Virus record (IMG/VR): IMGVR_UViG_3300045988_179945
Location: 1-64,000 of that record
Reading direction: 5' to 3' (one strand)
DNA from: a virus
Length of the DNA: 64,000 nt
Under the pieces are notes generated by a model, which worked only from the letters and a program-made list of their open reading frames with translations, did not search any database and had not been told where the DNA came from. Every line of letters begins with the position of its first letter. The first letter of the stretch is position 1. This document shows positions 1 through 8,140 of this stretch, one piece after another. The position numbers were made by a program, and so were the translations under genes.

Positions 1-68
1 ATTGTTGTGGTGTTTCGTATAGGCGACGCCTTCGATTGAGAATCGTGGAATATTCCATATGTTTTTTC

Positions 69-443
69 CTATTTTGTTTTAGCGAGACTCGATGCATCCG
101 CACGAAAATCAACCATCGGGATACGGGAGCCAGCGGAAAGTTGACAGGCATAAGGGTCGATTGTCCTATGATGCCAGACGACTCCGCCTGTTTTAGGCCA
201 CCCCAACCGGCCTATCCCATCCAGATAGTTCAGGATGCTCATGTGTGCCATCCACCGGCACCATCCCTTTGGGCATATCGCGTCGAACATGGGAGTGTCT
301 TCCGCTTCCGGGCGGCAGGAGTGTCGTTGCCAAGAACGTAGGTACACGCGGTAGAGCGCGTAGTGGCCGTTCGTGGGAAGTTCCACGGTGTCGAACACGG
401 CGCGGGTCGGGTGGTCGTCGAATCGTATTCGTCTGCCAAGCAA
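69..443 (-). CDS. hypothetical protein (124 aa)
   Basis: ORF directly downstream of the ATP-grasp gene on the same strand; no recognisable motifs. Confidence 0.35.
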   Translation of the reverse strand: MLGRRIRFDDHPTRAVFDTVELPTNGHYALYRVYLRSWQRHSCRPEAEDTPMFDAICPKGWCRWMAHMSILNYLDGIGRLGWPKTGGVVWHHRTIDPYACQLSAGSRIPMVDFRADASSLAKTK

Positions 444-444
444 A

Positions 445-1479
445 CTATCCTCTCCTTTCTTCCTTTGGCTTCCCCTTCCGACTGGAGTCGGGGGAGGAAG
501 CCAGAACGGGCGGAACGCATTGCTCCCAGTTAAGCCTTAAAGCGATGGTCAAGTCGTTCATGTTCAATGCGAACAGTCCGGCGTTCATCATGCCGTTCAA
601 TTCGACAATGGAAACCTCATTATCAATAAGACACAGGTCGAGGACATACGCGGCGTAGCCGCAGTGTGAGAGCATGCGTCCGGCTCTTACCGCGAATTCG
701 CGATACCGTTCGACCAATTCGGGTTTGACTACGACATTATCCGTCGTACCGTCGTCACGATGCTCCTGTACTTGAGGGTCGAATCTTGTATGCATGTTGT
801 CGATAGGAGTTTTCATGCCAATATTGCCAGCGCCGCATACGGGCTGGTCGCCTACCATGAACATGCGGTATTCGTATCGGATGTCCGCATACTGTTGGAT
901 AAGCAGTGCGTTCGGGTCGTCATCCGCCATGATGAACGCCCATTCACCCCAGTCATGTACCTGCTGGACGAGCTGGTCAATGTCGGTGCCGGACAGTTTC
1001 AAGTTCGGCAGTCGTTTGCTCTGGTGCATGTATTTGACGAAGAAGTCGGATACTCCTTCGTCGATAAGGGAATCGAACGCTTGACTGACATCATCCTCGT
1101 GAACCGAACTGAGTCGTGTCTTACGGTGCATGAGCATACGCACGTTCGGATTGATGGCGTACATGTCCGCTTTGGAAGGGTCGCCAATCTGGTCGATGCT
1201 TGGCACTCTCAACACCGGTCCGAAGTGGGGGAGGCCAATCAGGTCGCGGGGGTTGACGTCATCCCTGTCGCAAATACGGACAATGGCGTCATCTCCCAGA
1301 TTGCGGGTACCCCAGTAGAGGCGGGAGCAGAGTTCAATCCAATCCTCTCGGTCTCCTCCTTCCGGTTGGACTTTGCCGACGTATTTTTCCCACGCGTGAA
1401 TGTAATAGTCGGGGATTCCGTTCAAATTGTCCGGACATTTGAACGGTGGGATGGAAATGACCCACGGTTTCCCATTCAT
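445..1479 (-). CDS. ATP-grasp domain protein
   Basis: C-terminal ATP-grasp-like signature (YEYRMFMVGDQ...VLDLCLIDNEVSIVELNGMMNAG); start overlaps the upstream small ORF by 4 nt. Confidence 0.6.
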   Translation of the reverse strand: MNGKPWVISIPPFKCPDNLNGIPDYYIHAWEKYVGKVQPEGGDREDWIELCSRLYWGTRNLGDDAIVRICDRDDVNPRDLIGLPHFGPVLRVPSIDQIGDPSKADMYAINPNVRMLMHRKTRLSSVHEDDVSQAFDSLIDEGVSDFFVKYMHQSKRLPNLKLSGTDIDQLVQQVHDWGEWAFIMADDDPNALLIQQYADIRYEYRMFMVGDQPVCGAGNIGMKTPIDNMHTRFDPQVQEHRDDGTTDNVVVKPELVERYREFAVRAGRMLSHCGYAAYVLDLCLIDNEVSIVELNGMMNAGLFALNMNDLTIALRLNWEQCVPPVLASSPDSSRKGKPKEERRG

Positions 1480-1709
1480 CTACTGACTCCTTTGGAATGC
1501 TTGTTTGCGTATGTGATTCCGGCTGTGAATGCTTCCACCGCATAGTCGTGCAGGATTTCCAACTGTTTTAGGCTGAAGCCATCCTCCAAATGAGGGGGCA
1601 GTTCCGGCAGGTTCTTTTCAATCTCCTGTTCGGAGACGGTCTGAATGTGCAAGGTTCCACTTTCGACGTTTGGTCGGCGGACTCTCCAACAGGGAAAGTC
1701 CGCCGACAT
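1476..1709 (-). CDS. small hypothetical protein (77 aa)
   Basis: ORF overlapping the ATP-grasp start (likely translationally coupled); weak RBS. Confidence 0.4.
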   Translation of the reverse strand: MSADFPCWRVRRPNVESGTLHIQTVSEQEIEKNLPELPPHLEDGFSLKQLEILHDYAVEAFTAGITYANKHSKGVSR

Positions 1710-1729
1710 ATGTTTAGACTTACAGTCTC

Positions 1730-2092
1730 TTACAATTCTTTTCTTGCCTTGTCCAAGTCTTCGACAATCGCGTCATACAGTCCGTCAACGTCCAACGATT
1801 CCAGCTTGTGCGACGGCAAATCCACGGGAGTGTATTCCCCGTCGTCGAAAACCCAATGCGCGGACGAAACCGTGTATACCCCTCCACTCCAACGGTAGGA
1901 ATGTTTGCCGTTATGTTGCGAGTCTGCCACAAGGTAGTATTCGAACATCTTGCCCATGTATGGGCATTGGAATGCGACTTCGATTCCATCCCCGAAGAGG
2001 GCGTGGGTGGCGTGCGCTCCTGTCACGTATGGGATTTCGGAGAGCTTGTCAATGAGTTTCCGGTAGGTGTCTTCGTTGATTTTCGAGTACAT
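1730..2092 (-). CDS. hypothetical protein (about 120 aa), motif-driven cassette
   Basis: ATG at 2090-2092 preceded by AAGGAAAAAGA; promoter motif copy at 2128-2149. Confidence 0.6.
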   Translation of the reverse strand: MYSKINEDTYRKLIDKLSEIPYVTGAHATHALFGDGIEVAFQCPYMGKMFEYYLVADSQHNGKHSYRWSGGVYTVSSAHWVFDDGEYTPVDLPSHKLESLDVDGLYDAIVEDLDKARKEL

Positions 2093-2127
2093 TCTTTTTC
2101 CTTGTTCTGTATGGGTCAAACCCTTGT

Positions 2128-2149
2128 TTGTGTGGACAGTTCCAGTATA
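2128..2149 (-). promoter_or_regulatory. conserved promoter/operator motif copy (variant TTGTGTGGACAGTTCCAGTATA on + strand)
   Basis: one of at least 15 copies of the TATACTGGAATTGTTCACACAA element; 35-60 nt upstream of RBS and ATG. Confidence 0.7.
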
Positions 2150-2217
2150 TCATATAAATGACAAAAACCTAAAACCAGCACACTCCCTGCGTAAAACGGC
2201 GTAAATCCTTGCCGCAG

Positions 2218-2475
2218 TCAGCAGCAGTATTCGTTGACTGTGTTGACCAGTTCGCTCATGCTCATGCCGTACACGTCGCTGTGGCGGTGGAAGATGCTTT
2301 TGGTGAAGAGCCTTTTTTGCATGATGTCGCGGGCTTCGGCGCTTTGTGCGAGTTTTACGCTTTCGGGGAATGTGCCTGTGGGGTTGTCGTTGATTTGTTT
2401 TGCGTATTCGACTGCTTGGGCTTTGGGCATTTTCTTGACGTTTATTGCGCCGCCGATGTAGTGGATTGCGTACAT
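2218..2475 (-). CDS. hypothetical protein (85 aa)
   Basis: ATG at 2473-2475 with AAGGAG 9 nt upstream; the upstream part of the annotated ORF is just the motif translated (LYWNCSHK). Confidence 0.6.
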   Translation of the reverse strand: MYAIHYIGGAINVKKMPKAQAVEYAKQINDNPTGTFPESVKLAQSAEARDIMQKRLFTKSIFHRHSDVYGMSMSELVNTVNEYCC

Positions 2476-2506
2476 GTTGTGTGCTCCTTGGTTTTCTCGA
2501 CCTTGT

Positions 2507-2528
2507 TTGTGTGAACAATTCCAATATA
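2507..2528 (-). promoter_or_regulatory. conserved promoter/operator motif copy
   Basis: TTGTGTGAACAATTCCAATATA on + strand. Confidence 0.75.
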
Positions 2529-2639
2529 ACACAAGTTGGAGTAAAGTACAACGCAAACCAAAAACGAAGACGCAATCCCCGCCCATACGAAAAAAGGAAT
2601 GCGCCCACCGGTTTCCCTGCGGGCGCATTCCCCATGCTT

Positions 2640-2948
2640 TTAGTTCAGAAGGCCGGAGCGATACAGAATCCTGCGGATATTGATATTGTGAACGAAAGCG
2701 GTGTCAGGCTGTCCAACGAAGTCGGCAAGCTGCTCGTCGGAACACGTCTCGTCAACGACGTCATCCAAAACCACCTCAGTCGGAGAGTCGAACATCCTAC
2801 AGCCAACGCCGTCATGCCCCTCAGTGTGCTCAAACAAGGCGAAGTAGGTCATGTTCTCGTCCGCAACACGCAACATGACATAGGAGGTATTGCCGTTGTG
2901 GAAGATGTTGTAGTCTGCTGCGCCGAATCGTGTGAAATATTCGTTCAT
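2640..2948 (-). CDS. hypothetical protein (102 aa)
   Basis: second ATG after the motif, GAAAGAG RBS; ORF-track start lies inside the motif translation. Confidence 0.55.
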   Translation of the reverse strand: MNEYFTRFGAADYNIFHNGNTSYVMLRVADENMTYFALFEHTEGHDGVGCRMFDSPTEVVLDDVVDETCSDEQLADFVGQPDTAFVHNINIRRILYRSGLLN

Positions 2949-2967
2949 TTTGGCTCTTTCCCTCATA

Positions 2968-2990
2968 TTTGTGTGAACAATTCCAGTATA
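2968..2990 (-). promoter_or_regulatory. conserved promoter/operator motif copy
   Basis: TTTGTGTGAACAATTCCAGTATA on + strand. Confidence 0.75.
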
Positions 2991-3078
2991 GCATATTTGA
3001 GAGAAAGAGCAAAAACACAAAAAACAAAAAGCCGCGCAAACGCAAAAAGCATCCACACGACTTGGGAATTTTTCCCCA

Positions 3079-3378
3079 CTACTGGTCGAAGTCCGACGGT
3101 TCACCATTGACGTAGTTTAAAAACTGGTCGAAGGCATATTGCGCGGTGTCCTCATAACGGCTTGGCTTCGGCTGCGCGTTCTTTTCCCGCTCTTCCTGCT
3201 CTATCAACTGGTCTATTTGGCTTTGTTCATTGCGGTGTTGCCACGCGAGAGGCTCGTTGCCTTGGGCTAGGTTCTCATACACCGTGTATTCGTGCCCGCG
3301 ATAGTTGTAAACGAGATAGACCATATGGGCGTCGTATCCGTGCCCGTGGTATTTTCTAACGAATGTCGCTTTTCGCAT
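3079..3378 (-). CDS. hypothetical protein (99 aa)
   Basis: ORF with AGAGGGG RBS; no motif of its own, probably co-transcribed with 3470-3793. Confidence 0.5.
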   Translation of the reverse strand: MRKATFVRKYHGHGYDAHMVYLVYNYRGHEYTVYENLAQGNEPLAWQHRNEQSQIDQLIEQEEREKNAQPKPSRYEDTAQYAFDQFLNYVNGEPSDFDQ

Positions 3379-3400
3379 TATTGCCCCTCTTGTGAATGGT

Positions 3401-3436
3401 GGGGCGTGTCTGTCATGGCACGCCCCTTTGCGTTTT
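3401..3436 (+). terminator. GC-rich hairpin (GGGGCGTG/CACGCCCC) followed by T-tract on + strand
   Basis: 8-bp perfect stem, 10-nt loop, then TTTGCGTTTT; lies between two minus-strand genes. Confidence 0.5.
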
Positions 3437-3469
3437 GACGGGTATTGCGCCGTGGGAAACCGTATGTTT

Positions 3470-3793
3470 TTAAGCTTCTACCAGCTCCCACCGGTCTCCA
3501 GCCTCTTCGTCGAATTCGCCTAATCGGAAACCATATGCGGCAAGCCTCCTGTCCGCCGTGGCCTCCCATTCGTCCTCGTCATCGCCGTATACATCTTCGA
3601 CCCTCTCGGCATCGGAGTAGGAGTCGGCGCGTCCCAAGTTGATAAGCCATTGGGAGGAGTCAGCCCCCATCCAGATGCCATTGCCGGTGATGGCATCGAC
3701 GATAAGAAGCGTGTCGAATGCATCGCTCCCGTAGACGGCTATCGGCTGAACAGTGACGGTCTCGTTGGTGTTGATGTCAAGTGCGGTAAACAT
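3470..3793 (-). CDS. small highly acidic hypothetical protein (108 aa)
   Basis: ATG at 3791-3793 downstream of motif; D/E-rich sequence. Confidence 0.55.
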   Translation of the reverse strand: MFTALDINTNETVTVQPIAVYGSDAFDTLLIVDAITGNGIWMGADSSQWLINLGRADSYSDAERVEDVYGDDEDEWEATADRRLAAYGFRLGEFDEEAGDRWELVEA

Positions 3794-3818
3794 TTCGGCT
3801 TTGTCTTTTCTTGTGTTT

Positions 3819-3840
3819 TTGTGTGAACAATTCCAGTATA
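3819..3840 (-). promoter_or_regulatory. conserved promoter/operator motif copy
   Basis: TTGTGTGAACAATTCCAGTATA. Confidence 0.75.
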
Positions 3841-3884
3841 CCACATGAATGAAGACATCCCCAAATAGCACACACTCCACTTGG

Positions 3885-4811
3885 TTAAATCTCGCGCTTC
3901 GCACGCTCCCAAATCTTCCGGCGAATCTCACTGTCCTCGGAGAACATCGCACCCAACTTCAACACTTGACGAACCGCCTTGCGATAATCCTCCATACGCA
4001 CACGAAGAGTCCATCGAGCTTCGCCCTTGAACGCCCGATTGATGAACGAATCCGGCATGTCTCTCATATTCTGAACCAGCTCGTAACGCTCTAGTCTGTC
4101 AGCTTCCTCCCACGCTTTCATGATGATTTCACGGGTTGCCCACCGAGGTTTAACGGCCAGCACACTGGCCACGTCTTGCGGTTCGAGTCGTTCGAACACT
4201 TCGTCCACCTCGCTGTCATCGGACAAGAGGGCAGCTTGGGCGCGAATCCCGCTGTAGGGGCTTTCCAGCCAGTGGGACAGGCACTCCTTATCGACGTCAT
4301 GGCTGCGGATGACGTTGCTGACCACGCGCTCATTTTCCTCATTGAAGAAGTTGCTGACGTCGGCTTTTTTCGCCGCGATATAACGAACCTCCCAATCCTT
4401 GTCGTGGGATAGGGCGTTCGATGTTTCCTTGTCGAGCTTGTCGTACTTGTCGAGCAGTTCCACGGCTTTCCTGCGAATCTCCGCGCTCCTGTCTCGCATG
4501 GCCACTTGGGAAAGTGCGTTGACCGGCAGGTTGTGAATATCGTATTCGCCCCAGTCGAAGTAGTAGCGTCGGAGCGTGAGCGGGAGTTCAGAAAGTTTGC
4601 CGGAGTCGAAATGCTGTCTGATGTCGGCTAGTTCCTTTTCGCCTTTTTGGGTGAGCTTCCACGAGTACCTGTCTTCGTTGCGTTGTATCAGTCCGGCGTT
4701 GGCGAGTTTGGTGAGGTTCCGGTCATCGTATGCCGCTTGGCGTTCTGGTTTGTGTTCGAAGCGGAGGAAGTCGTAGATTGAGGTTTCGTTCCAGTTGATG
4801 TTGCCGCTCAT
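3885..4811 (-). CDS. HEAT-repeat-like protein (308 aa)
   Basis: start MSGNINW with AAGGAA RBS after motif; repeated helical DWEVRYIAA / RSAEIRRKAVELL-type repeats. Confidence 0.55.
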   Translation of the reverse strand: MSGNINWNETSIYDFLRFEHKPERQAAYDDRNLTKLANAGLIQRNEDRYSWKLTQKGEKELADIRQHFDSGKLSELPLTLRRYYFDWGEYDIHNLPVNALSQVAMRDRSAEIRRKAVELLDKYDKLDKETSNALSHDKDWEVRYIAAKKADVSNFFNEENERVVSNVIRSHDVDKECLSHWLESPYSGIRAQAALLSDDSEVDEVFERLEPQDVASVLAVKPRWATREIIMKAWEEADRLERYELVQNMRDMPDSFINRAFKGEARWTLRVRMEDYRKAVRQVLKLGAMFSEDSEIRRKIWERAKREI

Positions 4812-4835
4812 TTTCGTTCCTTTTGATTTCCTGTT

Positions 4836-4857
4836 TGTGTGAACAATTCCAGCATAG
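4836..4857 (-). promoter_or_regulatory. conserved promoter/operator motif copy
   Basis: TTGTGTGAACAATTCCAGCATA. Confidence 0.75.
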
Positions 4858-4875
4858 CATAGAATTGACAAACGC

Positions 4876-5136
4876 TCAACCGCGAACCCAATCGACCAAA
4901 CGTCCGAAACCGTTAAACGGAACCAGCGAATACAACAGCCAGCCAACAAGCGCCAGCAATGCAAGCACCGCAATCGCATACACCAGCGTGCCTACGAACA
5001 AGCCAGCCAAAAACACATTCATCTGCCGTTTGCGCAGCTCCAGCAGCTCATACCATTCGCTTTCGCACCGGTCGAATGCGTCCACGTCCATGCCGGTGCC
5101 GCCGTGGGCTTGAAGCCAATCGCGTACGGTCGGCAT
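4876..5136 (-). CDS. small membrane protein (71-86 aa)
   Basis: hydrophobic TM segment FLAGLFVGTLVYAIAVLALLALVGWLL; alternative start at 5091; weak RBS. Confidence 0.4.
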   Translation of the reverse strand: MPTVRDWLQAHGGTGMDVDAFDRCESEWYELLELRKRQMNVFLAGLFVGTLVYAIAVLALLALVGWLLYSLVPFNGFGRLVDWVRG

Positions 5137-5249
5137 GGGAGGCAACGGGTCGGATATGCAAGCGTGCGGTACAAGCGCGGTTTTAAGCCCTTGCCACACG
5201 CCGTTGAAAAAGAACGCGGGAAAACGTGCGGCCTTCACCGTGCTGGGTA

Positions 5250-5969
5250 TCACTTTTCCACCTGCTGCCTTCGTCCGACAATCTTCTTGCCGCCCGCGCT
5301 CCGCAACCATGCCAAGCCATGACCATAGGAGACCATACCGGCTTCGACGGTTGGATTCTGCTGGAACGTGTAATGCACTTCCGTGAGTCCATTGCCTCCG
5401 TTTGTTTGCAGAATGCGAATCCTGTAATCCTTTTCGACTGCTTTGACCGCCATGTCCCGTTCGAGTTCGTCGAACCAGCCGTAGAGCGGGAGCATGGCGA
5501 ATGCGGTCAATGCGCCTATGGCGGTGAACCGCCAACATGTTTTGGCTCCCGCCAGCAATGCGATTGCCGCCATGAGAATTCCGATGACGGCGATTCCCGC
5601 CAATAGTTGACGCCATTTGCCGTTGCAGTCGTATTCGACGGGCGCGTACGGGTTGGCGGGGGTTGGTGTTGGAGGTGCGGTTTTGTTGGTTTTTCGTGTG
5701 GTGGGCTTGTAGGCTTTCGGAGCGTTTTTGTTTACTGTTGGGGAGGGTTTCTCGCTCGTCTTGCTGGCGGTTTCGTCGCTGTTTTCGGTGGACTCGTCCG
5801 CTGTTTTCGGTTCGAATTTCAATGGTGGTGCCGGTGGGTTCAGCAATTTTCGTTCCGTCTTCTTTACGATTTCTTGCAGTTCGATGGTGGTGGACGAGTC
5901 GGGTTCGTCCATTGGTTTCTGACCTAACATCATGAGGTCGTTTTCCAGTGAGATATTCCGTTCCTTCAT
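5250..5969 (-). CDS. membrane protein with Pro/Thr/Lys-rich linker (239 aa)
   Basis: TM helices in the C-terminal half; AAAGAAAG upstream of ATG. Confidence 0.5.
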   Translation of the reverse strand: MKERNISLENDLMMLGQKPMDEPDSSTTIELQEIVKKTERKLLNPPAPPLKFEPKTADESTENSDETASKTSEKPSPTVNKNAPKAYKPTTRKTNKTAPPTPTPANPYAPVEYDCNGKWRQLLAGIAVIGILMAAIALLAGAKTCWRFTAIGALTAFAMLPLYGWFDELERDMAVKAVEKDYRIRILQTNGGNGLTEVHYTFQQNPTVEAGMVSYGHGLAWLRSAGGKKIVGRRQQVEK

Positions 5970-6003
5970 ATTTATTTTCTTTCTTTTTGTCGGATATGAG
6001 AGA

Positions 6004-6045
6004 GGGGAGAAGTGGTCTGGATGCCACTTCTCCCCAAGTTTTTTT
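6004..6045 (+). terminator. perfect 12-bp stem hairpin (GGGGAGAAGTGG/CCACTTCTCCCC) plus T7 tract
   Basis: canonical intrinsic terminator geometry on + strand, A-tract on the other side, located between minus-strand cassettes. Confidence 0.55.
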
Positions 6046-6053
6046 AGTGTGGG

Positions 6054-6362
6054 TCAGAGGATTCGGGTTCCCTTGCGGGTGACGAGCATGATTCTGTTTT
6101 CGTGACGACTTTCGAAAACGTCCCAGTTGCCGCTCAGGACCGCCAAGCATGCGTCGCCCTTGATGAGGTTCCAACGTTCGTCGCAGTTGGATACGACGTG
6201 CTTCCAGTTGGTTGGGTTGGGCTTGCTGTGGGAGGTTTCCACGATAGCTTCGTTCATGGGCTTGTCCGCGTAGGTGTGGTCGTAGGTGTTGTCTCCGGCG
6301 ACCACGCTGATGGTGCCGTTGTCGTGGAAGATTGGCTGGTAGTAGGTTTTGGTGTCGTTCAT
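6054..6362 (-). CDS. hypothetical protein (102 aa)
   Basis: AAGGAG RBS 6 nt before ATG, motif upstream. Confidence 0.6.
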   Translation of the reverse strand: MNDTKTYYQPIFHDNGTISVVAGDNTYDHTYADKPMNEAIVETSHSKPNPTNWKHVVSNCDERWNLIKGDACLAVLSGNWDVFESRHENRIMLVTRKGTRIL

Positions 6363-6389
6363 TCGTTCTCCTTGGTTGGCTCCGCCTGT

Positions 6390-6411
6390 TTATGTGAACA
6401 TTTCCAGTATA
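6390..6411 (-). promoter_or_regulatory. conserved promoter/operator motif copy (variant TTATGTGAACATTTCCAGTATA)
   Basis: motif family. Confidence 0.7.
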
Positions 6412-6456
6412 GCATAAGTAAAGTTCCGACTCCAAAACAAGCATGGAACATACTAT

Positions 6457-6603
6457 CTACGAGTTTTCGTTCTCGTTTTCCCCGAGCGCCTGTTCAACCA
6501 ACAGTCGGATTGCATCGTTCCACGAGACTTCATATCGCTCGGCATACTGCATGGTCTGCCGGTACAGTTCGGCGGGTAACATGACCACACGGTTCACGTT
6601 AGG
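6457..6603 (-). CDS. small ribbon-helix-helix-like protein (about 49 aa)
   Basis: GGAG RBS; C-terminal VSWNDAIRLLVEQAL resembles RHH/CopG-type DNA-binding proteins. Confidence 0.4.
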   Translation of the reverse strand, partial: PNVNRVVMLPAELYRQTMQYAERYEVSWNDAIRLLVEQALGENENENS

Positions 6604-6610
6604 CATCAAG

Positions 6611-6790
6611 TCAACTCCAGAACAGGTGGGCGAGCGAATCGGCGTCGATGTACCGGCGTCGTCCGATTTTGTAGGTGCGTATGCGACCGGCATTCAGCAG
6701 GTCGTATATGTGCTGGCGTGAGCAGGAGAGGTAGGCCATCGTGTCGGCTATGGTGAGGATGGCTGGCAGTTCCTTGGCTTTGGTTCTCAT
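6611..6790 (-). CDS. excisionase/AlpA-like HTH DNA-binding protein (59 aa)
   Basis: LPAILTIADTMAYLSCSRQHIYDLLNAGRIRTYKIGRRRYI is typical of the Xis/MerR-type HTH domain. Confidence 0.5.
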   Translation of the reverse strand: MRTKAKELPAILTIADTMAYLSCSRQHIYDLLNAGRIRTYKIGRRRYIDADSLAHLFWS

Positions 6791-6807
6791 CGTCGTGCTT
6801 TCTTTCG

Positions 6808-7197
6808 TTAATACCGGCGTTCGCAACCGGAATCCAAAAACTCGTGTTCGCCGTCGCTCCACAGCACGGACACTATGGTCGAAGGGTCGTTCAGCTCGAT
6901 AAAAAACGCGGCAAGCTCGTCCACTGACAAGCGGGAGAACTCCTCGCCCACAGCCTCGTAGAATTCGTCCCAAGCGGCTTGGTCGGCGTCCGATTCCATG
7001 AGCGTGGAGAACCGTTCCGCCAGTTGCGTGGATGGGAGTGTGGCATGGGAGAAGCTTTCGTCCGTAATGTCGAGCCAAGCGTTCAAGCACCTGTCGGCCA
7101 GTTCGCCGACCGGAAAGGTCAGCGTTCTCGTGGCGGTGCCCGTCCACTTGGTTTTCTTCAGAAAACTGACTTCTACGGCCTTGGTCTTGTGTTCCAT
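6808..7197 (-). CDS. hypothetical protein (129 aa)
   Basis: AGGAG RBS, motif upstream. Confidence 0.6.
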   Translation of the reverse strand: MEHKTKAVEVSFLKKTKWTGTATRTLTFPVGELADRCLNAWLDITDESFSHATLPSTQLAERFSTLMESDADQAAWDEFYEAVGEEFSRLSVDELAAFFIELNDPSTIVSVLWSDGEHEFLDSGCERRY

Positions 7198-7228
7198 GGT
7201 CTAACTCCTATTCAATGGCTTTCTGTTT

Positions 7229-7250
7229 TTGTGTGAACAATTCCAGTATA
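7229..7250 (-). promoter_or_regulatory. conserved promoter/operator motif copy
   Basis: TTGTGTGAACAATTCCAGTATA. Confidence 0.75.
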
Positions 7251-7269
7251 TATGAATGTACGCGAACGT

Positions 7270-7311
7270 CAAACCAGCTTCCCACCAAGCGCTTTTTAAA
7301 GCATTATGGCG
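7270..7311. repeat. about 42-bp repeat copy A (CAAACCAGCTTCCCACCAAGCGCTTTTTAAAGCATTATGGCG)
   Basis: about 85% identical to 8102-8140; both lie about 20 nt beyond a promoter motif. Confidence 0.6.
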
Positions 7312-7527
7312 TCAAAGCGAACCATGTCCACGTCTCCTCTCCGAGGCGAACCGATGGGCGACCTCATCCAGCTCCTTGGGTTTCAACCCGTCCAGCACGG
7401 CGAGTGCGAACCTCACACGCTCACGGTCATCGACCGGCAACCAGATGTCGTCGGCTCCCGCGACGACGTGAATGCCCATGCCGTCGTTGTCGCTGATGTA
7501 GTCGAATCCGTTGAACTTGACGCTCAT
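7312..7527 (-). CDS. hypothetical protein (71 aa)
   Basis: GGAGGAAGT-ATG; follows 7543-8031 with a short intergenic gap. Confidence 0.5.
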   Translation of the reverse strand: MSVKFNGFDYISDNDGMGIHVVAGADDIWLPVDDRERVRFALAVLDGLKPKELDEVAHRFASERRRGHGSL

Positions 7528-7542
7528 ACTTCCTCCTTTTTC

Positions 7543-8031
7543 TCAGTCTTCCCCGTTGCCTGAACGATGCGACGTAATACGATTCCACTGTTTTGCATAC
7601 ACATCCCACACGTTTTCGGCATCAACGTTCAGCATTTCCTCGAAAGCGGCTTTGCCGACGTCGCTAAGACGGCTGATGTTGCGCAGAATATCCGCCACCT
7701 TGTCCGCTTCGTACAGTTTGTTCTGGCTGTCCTCCAATTCTTGAGATTGGGTGCTGGTGAGGTGTTGGAGATAGTTTTCGAGCAGTTCCCAGCCTTTGTC
7801 TGAGGATGAGATGTAGGCGGGTTTTGTGAGACGCCAGTCTTCGAGTATGTCTTCCCAAGGGTCGGTTTTGACGTCGTAGATTCCGGCGTCCTCTTCGTGG
7901 GGGAGGTTTTTGATTTGTTTCTGGTTGCCGTCTTCGTCCAAGTAGTCGATGGTGAGGTATTCGATTGTGTCGTTTCGGTCGAAGAGGTTGTGTGATGTGG
8001 TGATTTTGAGGCTGGTGATGGTCTTAATCAT
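7543..8031 (-). CDS. hypothetical protein (about 162 aa)
   Basis: second ATG after motif, AAGGGAA RBS. Confidence 0.55.
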   Translation of the reverse strand: MIKTITSLKITTSHNLFDRNDTIEYLTIDYLDEDGNQKQIKNLPHEEDAGIYDVKTDPWEDILEDWRLTKPAYISSSDKGWELLENYLQHLTSTQSQELEDSQNKLYEADKVADILRNISRLSDVGKAAFEEMLNVDAENVWDVYAKQWNRITSHRSGNGED

Positions 8032-8059
8032 TTTGGTTCCCTTGTTTTCCAAGCATGTT

Positions 8060-8081
8060 TTGTGTGAACAATTCCAGTATA
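8060..8081 (-). promoter_or_regulatory. conserved promoter/operator motif copy
   Basis: TTGTGTGAACAATTCCAGTATA. Confidence 0.75.
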
Positions 8082-8101
8082 ACGAGAATGTAGGGGAAAA
8101 T

Positions 8102-8140
8102 CAAATCAGCTTCCAGCCAAGCGCGATTTTAAAGCATTAT
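8102..8140. repeat. about 40-bp repeat copy B (CAAATCAGCTTCCAGCCAAGCGCGATTTTAAAGCATTAT)
   Basis: paired with 7270-7311. Confidence 0.6.

Noticed and set aside
2507-2528. Motif core TTGTGTGAACAA as a palindromic repressor site
   Set aside because: Its reverse complement, TTGTTCACACAA, differs at the central four positions. The element is asymmetric and always oriented with the gene, so it is more likely a promoter or leader element than a symmetric operator.
2218-4979. N-terminal extensions of several minus-strand ORFs containing LYWNCSHK / CYTGIVHTN / VVYWNCSHK
   Set aside because: These peptides are just the conserved DNA motif translated in frame. The real starts are the first ATG with an RBS downstream of the motif.
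4876-6444. 522-aa minus-strand ORF, along with other long ORF-track entries such as 2150-2635, 38865-40526 and 12211-12948
   Set aside because: Arg/His/Pro-rich low-complexity translations in high-GC DNA. They overlap several better-supported genes with RBSs and run through a promoter motif copy. Judged alternative-frame artefacts.
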